NCBI GenBank assembly: GCA_000320545.1
Contig: ADNK01000211.1
Location: 1 to 39,268 of the forward strand
From: Bigelowiella natans CCMP2755
Taxonomy: Eukaryota; Protista; Cercozoa
Length of the DNA stretch: 39,268 nt
Direction of reading: 5' to 3'
The notes below the pieces were generated by a model. That model ran no database searches and was not told the origin of the DNA. It worked only from the letters and a program-made list of their open reading frames with translations. How positions within the stretch are numbered: the first letter of the stretch is position 1; each line of letters begins with the position of its first letter. Shown in pieces: positions 31,654 to 39,268 of the stretch. The position numbers and the translations under genes are program-made.

Positions 31654-32823
31654 GCGTACAAAACGTAAATGTGTGTTTTGTGTGTGATACACATCACACA
31701 CGTTTTGATTGAGATTAAGCTTGAGCGGAAAAATTGGAAACCAAACTGTATGAAAGTAGTGTTCGATAAAACATTGCTCTCCGTATCTTTCTTTACGTCA
31801 GGCTAACAGCCAGTATAAATTATCGATCTTTCTTCACTATTCACGTCTCTTCACTATTCACAAACCACGAAGGGCGCACACATACTAACACACACACTCG
31901 TACACTCACACCCCTCTCAATCTCTACCAGCCAGCAGCGTCCAGCATTGCTAGCAAGCTTCCCCGACTAGGATCTGCAATCATATCCACATGTTTTTTGA
32001 TCGTATTGATCCCTCCCATGAGTCTGAAGTTGAAATCCCCTGCGATAACATGGGTCGAGATGCCAAATCCCTTAACCTTTTCCATCACAGCCTCAAACTG
32101 CTCCCTTTTCTCCCGTCCATCAATGGTGTTGAGATGGACGCTTGAGAAAGCGAACCTCTTGCCCTTGTGTTCGAAAATAATGGAAGCGCCGCCCTTGAGC
32201 CGAACCTTGTTGCCGTGGGGCCGCTCGTAAACCGCGTCGAATTTTTGGATCTCAACCCATTCTTTCCTGAAACAGCTGCAACCGATGAATCGGTTCGTTT
32301 CCTTAAGAGTTCCCACGAAAAAAGAGGAGCCGATTAGACTGTAACCCTCACGAGCAAGCGGCTCTTTTAGAAGCTCTGCTGCGGTCACCTTCTTATGAAT
32401 TCGAATTTTCTCTTGGATATTAGCCATTAGTGTCTTGTCTTTAGTCTCAACAGCAGACGGCTCCTGTCCACCATTGACGGGACCATCATATACCCAAGGA
32501 TCCATGCCTCCCTCTTGTTGCGCAAGGCATACAACGTCAGCATCGGGATGCAACAAGTAGCTAGTGATTTCTTCGATGTATTTGCCTTTCAACACTTCCC
32601 CTGCTTGATTGATCGTGGCCGCAAATATGGTTAATGAGTGGTCTAGTTCCAGCCTCTTCCCTGTAAGATCTGAATGACTTCGTTGCGTATGAGTTCCCTC
32701 GACGATAAGCGCCGCGGCCAGCACGAAGAAAACCCTGTCACCATAATACCCTTGTGAGATTACAGAGACGTTGATGCGCGATGTGTTACTTTCAAACACA
32801 ATGTGGCAACCTCCCACATACAA
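30978..32823 (-). CDS. Divergent inositol polyphosphate 5-phosphatase-like (EEP/DNase I fold) protein; at least 2 exons, start uncertain
   Basis: IFAATINQAG, DVVCLAQQE, LKGGASI..RFAFSSVHL, AGDFNFRL, PSYSF, GYTDRVV, IDHGMV; in-frame intron at ~31534-31927. Confidence 0.75.
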
Positions 32824-33276
32824 CGATGTAGATAATATGCATCAAACGAATGAATTTGGTGCATGAAAAGGAAAGGTGGACAAAGCAATGAAGCCCGACC
32901 TAGTGAGCCAAAGATCATGCCGGCGGATGAAGAGCTCCTAGCTGCCTTTCAGCTTTCGAATGTCGTGTTCAAAAAAAACCGAAAAAATATATGTATTAAA
33001 AATATTTTTCGGTCGCTCCCCGAAAATTCTCAGGCAGAAAATTCTCAGGGAAGTTCCGCAGATTCTAGGTTGATTGAAGTCTTCTGTGCGACATGGATTA
33101 GGTGTTGTCGTTGAAGGCAAAACGAATTCATTTAATCTAATTTTTCTGTTCCTCATTCTTTCTTCTCCTTTCTTCGGTCCCGAGATCCCGGAATCATTAT
33201 CGCGAAGTCAGCACTCACCTTGCCTGAGCATAACTCATCCAACCTAACGAAGTAGCTAATTACTACTTATCCAAGA

Positions 33277-33672
33277 ATGGCGTTCAACACCCCACTGAAA
33301 TGTCCCAGCAAGGGCAAAGGAGGCATCAAGAGAAAGTCGAGGCGATCGAAGCGCATCGATATCGTCAAATGGCAGCTTGAAAACCTGAAGTGCCACGACG
33401 AAAGAGATCGCGAAGATTCAAAGTCAATTGATGAAAACACTCCCCCTACCATTGAAAATGAAAATAAAAATGAAAAGGCAGGCTTTCCTTCCCAAATCTA
33501 TTTTGAATTGGCAACTCAGAAAGAAGACAACCGAGTCAAAGGGAGGAAAGTGAGGAAGTTGACCAAGAAACTAGAGCGAATTGCTAAGGAAGCATTGCTG
33601 TCCAAAGTCAAAACAGAGAGGTCGAAGGCGTCAAAGTCGAGGACTAAAAGGCGAAATATATCCTTTTTTTAG
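33277..33672 (+). CDS. Hypothetical basic (Lys/Arg-rich) protein, 131 aa
   Basis: ATG-initiated uninterrupted ORF with protein-like composition; no recognisable motif. Confidence 0.45.
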   Translation: MAFNTPLKCPSKGKGGIKRKSRRSKRIDIVKWQLENLKCHDERDREDSKSIDENTPPTIENENKNEKAGFPSQIYFELATQKEDNRVKGRKVRKLTKKLERIAKEALLSKVKTERSKASKSRTKRRNISFF

Positions 33673-34907
33673 ACGAAATCAGTAGATTTTATGAGACAGA
33701 AATCGCGCTAACGGCGATGTGCTAACCCTCTATAACCCTGCTACCCTGGTGCCATCATTTGCCTGCATGATGAAAAGTTCAAAAAATTAGTAATCACAAC
33801 AATGACACACTATGAGAAACTGAGCGCCTGAGCATCCATGACAGCTTGCATGCTCATCCGTAGCTTCCTTGGCGCGGTCATCAGGAGAGGGAAGGGGATG
33901 AGAGGGTGATAAAAGCGACATAAAAGCTGCTATATTCACACGTCGACACACAATTTTCCCATGATATCTTGATCCTTTTACCAACTGTCGGCTAGTTGTT
34001 CAGACAAGGGAGGAGAGGCAAGCGCCACTGTGCTGCCTTTTGAGAAGCCTTTTGGACCATATCCATGGCCCCCACTCGGACCATTTATTTTCCATCCGCC
34101 CGCGAAATTCTAAATGCAAGCGCAAATACACACTGTGAGCGACTGATGCATCTAGATATTGTTACATTGACATGCTTGGACTAGTAGCATTCACACTGTG
34201 CAAGTATACAAGACACGGATGGTAAGCGTAGGCGTCAAGTAACTTTTGATCTGTGAGGCTTTCAGATCACGCACAGCATGCTAGCATGCAGCGAGCGAGA
34301 GCACATGTGATCGATGGTGATGCATGAGCTTGTGAGGCTAGGTACATCGTGAACCTTGGCTACGTGCCGTTTTGAATAAAGCGGCATTTTGCACACATTT
34401 TGAGCGTCAATAATGAATGTTTAAACGCGCCTTTGTGAGAGTATTTATTGTAATTTAATCTGCCAAGCTACCCAAGCTTATGAAGCGCCAATCAGCATGC
34501 ATGCTCAGCTTTCTTAGTTTACGATCGTTTACGTGCACGCACACCAAACGTACATGTATCATAATTCATATATCCGCATGTATTTAATACTTCTCAAAAA
34601 CACGCGATCATAGAGGAAAGTCATCCTAATTTTGAGATAGTATTGATTTTTTTTGGGTGTACACTAATGCGCGCCATATTGTATTACGGCCTTCCTCATC
34701 CCTAGAAATTTCAGTTGCATATTATATTCGAACCGACCAGAACCATTCCTCAAAGCGAAAACACTGAAATTTTGTTCCAGATTATAAATATTGCTACATT
34801 TTTTCCAAGAATTCTTTTAAAAAGTTACTATTTGTGACACGGAATCGATTCCGAAGTGACAAGCATCATTTCCGTACTAATAATTGTATCTGGATAACTT
34901 CAGCTGA

Positions 34908-37081
34908 TCAAATATTGGTAGGATCTCGAACTATCGAAGGGTTGAGGTCTTGATTTTTTTTTATTTGTCCTTGACTGAGAGACTTCAGGGTTTCTTCGGA
35001 AGTAATGATATCGGTCGAGCCAATAACGATCTCCACCTTCCACTGTTCACCAATTTCGTAAACGCTCGCCATCTCCGCAGCCGTGATTCCTCCGAGGACG
35101 AAGATAATCAACCGTGGTTTATCGGAGTTACCCATTCTGCTCTCTTGGCGCTTGTGCCTATTTCGTCTCACCGAAAATCCGGTACTCCTAGCATTTGAGC
35201 GACCCGCAGATTTTGGGGGTGGGTTGACATACGGATATGCTTTTTTGTCCAATTTGTCCTCGGCCAGCTGTCTGCAAGCGTAGTAAACTTTCGATAGGTA
35301 GCGATTTCCAATAATGTAGCTTTTCTTAGGCGACTTCGCATCGCCTTTTTCTTTGATCATCCTCTTCAGACGAGTCTTTATCATTTCTTGATGACCCTTA
35401 TCGAGAGCTTTTGGTTTGCTAGGTTTTCCAGTGTTCACTCCAAGAAGCTGCAGATTGTTGATCGCAGCCATTGTACCTGCATCCAGAATATCTTCGAAAA
35501 AGGATTTTTCATCGTTACTCATCCCTCCTCGGGCGATTACATACAGCAGCGCAATACTTGCTTTGTCCAGATAAGCAGTCTCCGGTTTCTCTAACAATTC
35601 TTTAATGACGCTCCAGTTGGTTTGCGGTTTTAAAGTCGAACAATCAGAAGACAAACCACAGGCCAAGTCTTGAAGGATTGTGATCGCAGGAACCTTTGGT
35701 TTAAGCGCTTTGCCGGCAGCTTTGCAAATGTTCTGGTGTCTCGCGAACAATCTGGTCATCTCACGGTACTTTGGAAGATCCTTGACGACCGCAAGCATAG
35801 TTTTATCATCCATCTTGCCATCCCGAAATTGATTTGTCGTTGACTTTTTTTTAAACTTGCCAATATCGTCATTCAATTTATTTTTGAACGCATCAAAGTG
35901 GAGGTGTCTCTTCTCCCTCCAAATTTCATCTGTCTCGTTCAGTACGTACGACTTAACTTCCTTCTTGTTTTCTTTTTGGTTTTCAAGTTCTATTGTGAGG
36001 ACATCGCCTTGCATACCAAGTACGTCAACCAGAACAGATTGGTAGTTGATGTGATGAATTAAAGGGGCTGCCATATCTGTAGCGCGGTTCAGGAAAAGCA
36101 TAGTGGCTGGGTTCGGCCTCGCCTTCCAATTTGGAAGATTTTTCACAGTCTCTTCGAAAACCTTTCCAAAGCCCGTCTTCGACGCAACCAGAAATTGAAT
36201 GTATTTTTCAATTCTGCTTCCGGTTGGCATTTCATAACGGACATATGGCTTCTCATTCATGGCAATACAGAGACTCACAAGCTGCTTTATGATTCGTTCA
36301 ATCACACGGCTGCTTTCTGATATGGCCTCCTCGCTCGGATTCATAAATTTTTCGAGAACGTAAGGTTGATTAAGTAGAAATACTCTTGATTCGTAGGAGA
36401 GGAAATCAATGTTAACTTCATTGAGGGCTCTGCAAGACCTAATAAAGCGTGCCTCCTGCTTGAGGACATCCTGAATCAACTCTGCCTTCAAGGACAGTGT
36501 GACATTTATGTATGCCCTTAGGTACCTATCGGGAAAACACAATTAGTTGGAATACCGCAATTTCATTTAAAAGCTCACTTTTTCTTCAATCTGGTTCCCG
36601 CTTTGGTTTCAGGATTCCAGTCAGGCCCCGCGGTAAAATCTTGCAACACGACTTTGAGTTTATCTGCGTCCTCAGTGTGTCCTGTCTCAGAATGATCCTG
36701 ACCGCTTAAGTCCAGAAAATATGTTGCAGGCAAATCGATGGTCTGCCGGTTGAAGTCTAGATTCTGAATTGCTGTTGTGGATTGTGAAACGAATTAGCAG
36801 GTGCACGAGCCAGCTTATGTTTAGGAAATTACCAACAAATCCTTTTCCCAACAAGCTCGACATGGTACAGCATGAACCAATAATCTTGCTGGTGTGAGAG
36901 TCCAAAACGAGCACCTGGTGCGGGTCTTGCTTGATATTTGCACCCAAGATTTCATCCACGAGTTCTACAACATTTAATCAAAATGTACTCAGCCTTGGGG
37001 ACAAAATAACTATTAATTTCAGCTTTTACTTTCTTTCAGCAGAGTCTTCAAACAGAAGTATTGATTCTTACTGGACGCCAT
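34908..37081 (-). CDS. Sec1/Munc18 (SM) family protein, syntaxin-binding protein 1-like; 4 exons
   Basis: VLVLDSHTSKIIGSCCTMSSLLGKG, EVNIDFLSYESRVFLL, LVSLCIAMNEKPYVRY, LNRATDMAAPLIHHINYQS, LNETDEIWREKRHLHF, PRLIIFVLGGITAAEM..EIVIGST. Confidence 0.92.
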
Positions 37082-37972
37082 AGTGAAAGGTCAATATGTT
37101 CCTCGGACAGTGATTATGGCTACGAAAGAAGAGGTGATCAGAATTATGGAAGATCGAGTTCTAAAATACACAATGTCTTGAGGGAATTTATTTACCTTTC
37201 ACAAATTTTGAGCCTCTAAAGCCTAGCAATAGGATTCTTCGTTGATTCGCGCGAGGTGGCGGAGAAGGCCACGAGCTCGAGAGGAAGGAGTGTGCAGTTG
37301 ATTGGCGGCCTTATCTAGGACAACCAAACCAAATCTTAAATCGAGTTCGTATTTTAACAGGCAAAATAGAGTAAATCTCTTTTGCTGCATCAAAACGACA
37401 ATATAAAAATATAGTCTTTCTATCCGAATTCCTCTTTTGGGGCTATTTTCGGAGCAACGTGTGTGTCACTCTACGAAAAGCAGTCATAGTCAGCAATTTC
37501 AGAGTTGTTAAGACATGTAATATTCCAGAAAACCTCATTCTAATTAAAATGACGACTATAATATTTTCATAAACATGTCGAAAATAGACTAATTTTCGAC
37601 AAAAAGTAATTTCGATATCCTGAGCTTGACCCTGCGTTGGAAAGCAAATCCTGTGTTCGCAAAAATCTGGAGAGAGAATAAAAATGCAGGAGATTTTTAT
37701 GAGCTCTACGGCTTACTCCAAGCATCAGACAGAAATGAATCACATGGGAAAATATTTACATTGATAAAATTTTAATTCGGTGGGGAGAATTAGTCTAAAT
37801 AACGCAAAAGTGCAGGTAAAAGTGAAAGGAATTCCCCTGAATAATTTATATGAAATTGAAGAAATAATTATTCGGCTGTTCACATCGCGACAAGTAAATC
37901 GTTCGCTCATATCGCCGACGAAAACAAAAAAGCAACAATTCACCGAACTGAGGAGGGAGGGGAGCAGTAAGG

Positions 37973-39207
37973 ATGGCGCCCAGAAAAAGAAAAGGTTGTT
38001 TTCAGCATTCTGGTTGGCACTGGTAACGAAAAATTTCTATGCTATCCGGAGTAGGTGGGGTCCGAGCTCATCCGTACAGGAGCAGCAAAGCTGCTGGGAG
38101 CGATTCAAAAGGTGCCAAGTGTAGTTGTCTTCCACTTTTGCTGCAACGTCCAACCATACCACGATATTCAGGAAGCGGGGAGACAGTCAGACTCAAAGGC
38201 AGCAAGAACTTTCGCTACCGAATAGTGTCCGCAATGCTCTCGGTTCGTACGAACTCTCTACTTTGGACCATCATCATTTACCAAAAGCAAATTATCAATT
38301 CGAAAGGGGCGACCAATCGTGATCAGTGACATTCGGGCAGAAGACGAGAGTCCGGGAATTAAGGTTTGACGATGAACTCATGTGGACCGAAGTGTTTTGC
38401 AGCTGCGCGTGCCTAGAATTAATTGTTGGGGCTTCTTCCATGCGACATAATTGTGCAGGACTACGAAGCATCGTTCTTACAGATGGTTGATCTGGTCAGT
38501 GACTAATTATGCAACATCTCTTGCTTCATAGTGAAATTTACCGAGAAGATCTTTCAATCCAAACAAAAAAACATCCTCAAGAATGATGAAATATGCAAGT
38601 AACAACGAAGTTGTGCCTAAGGTGAGCTCTGGAAGCTCTATCTCCATCAATGAAACCGGGACGAAGCTCAGATACAAGCCGGGCGCCATCGAAGGTGGTC
38701 GTCCGCTCTCAACATCAGAAAATATTTTTTGTGGAGCAGCAATGGCCGCCATAATAGACTTCGCACCGAAACACGTACTGCGAGAACTAAAGCTGATATT
38801 GCATCATGGTGACAGGCGGGTTCGAATTGAAGCACGAATGTCCTACGTCACGAGGAATAGGTAAAAACAACAATTGCAATGAATACTACGACGTTCCCCT
38901 CCAACTATCTTGACATCTTAAATCCATTACGCGATTAGGGTATTTCTTAGAGCCCTTGTTACTAATCTCCATATTCGGGAAAAAGCCGACGGAAATAACA
39001 CTCACCGGTGTGTATATCAGGGCACCTTACATACATCTGCTGCTACACCCCAAAATAGTGCACGCATACGTTAGCTTGGGAGTGTTGCTGAATTTCCCTC
39101 TCTTTTGCAAAAGAAAAACGACTCTTCTTTAGAATTGTTTGTGTTGACTACTTAGGCGTGACTGACAGTTCAAAGGATCTCTGTATCGATACCATTCGAA
39201 AGTACTC

Positions 39208-39244
<37 letters not shown>

Positions 39245-39268
39245 CGGTAGTAGTGGTAGAAGTTGGGG
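37973..39268 (+). CDS. RCL1: RNA 3'-terminal phosphate cyclase-like protein RCL1 (5' part; runs off the window end)
   Basis: Spliced LKGSKNFRYRIVSAMLS|GRPIVISDIRAEDESPGIK|DYEASFLQMVDL|VSSGSSISINETGTKLRYKPGAIEG..IGYFLEPLLLISIFGKKPTEITLTG|VTD. Confidence 0.92.

Noticed and set aside
1-39268. Apparent cluster of endomembrane/trafficking genes (arrestin, cathepsin, TMEM184, FKBP15, 5-phosphatase, Munc18)
   Set aside because: Common eukaryotic categories, mixed orientations, interleaved with unrelated genes; no evidence of co-regulation
1-39268. CRISPR arrays, tRNA/rRNA genes, env-like ORF in the retrotransposon
   Set aside because: No repeat-spacer array or recognisable structural RNA seen; only 51 nt separate the pol stop from the 3' LTR, leaving no room for env

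Overview
Gene-dense, intron-rich eukaryotic (protist-like) genomic window with short GT-AG introns full of microsatellites. It holds about ten host genes: an LSD1-type Zn-finger/alpha-arrestin protein, a tandem two-domain cathepsin Z/X, a small signal-peptide protein, a TMEM184/OST-alpha protein, an FKBP15-like protein, a bacterial-type MDR quinone oxidoreductase with a probable organelle-targeting exon, a CCDC103-like protein, a divergent inositol 5-phosphatase-like protein, Sec1/Munc18 and RCL1. It also holds one intact, very young Ty3/Gypsy LTR retrotransposon (3764-9479, minus strand, identical 326-bp LTRs, TGCT target-site duplication). Two signals stand out. (1) The integrase ends, where chromoviruses carry a chromodomain, in a ~134-aa domain that follows the pattern of DIRS/phage Dam-type N6-adenine methyltransferases but has a degenerate catalytic motif; its catalytic core also has D(27)E spacing instead of D(35)E. 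(2) Several intergenic islands have lost almost all TpA dinucleotides except in CTAG/CTA/TAG context, while CpG is retained and (TA)n tracts survive in introns. This suggests a region-targeted TpA->CpA/TpG mutational process, the opposite of RIP or CpG decay. The retrotransposon sits in a spacer with a milder version of this signature. All counts and alignments were done by eye; exon models and family calls come from motif recognition, not database searches.
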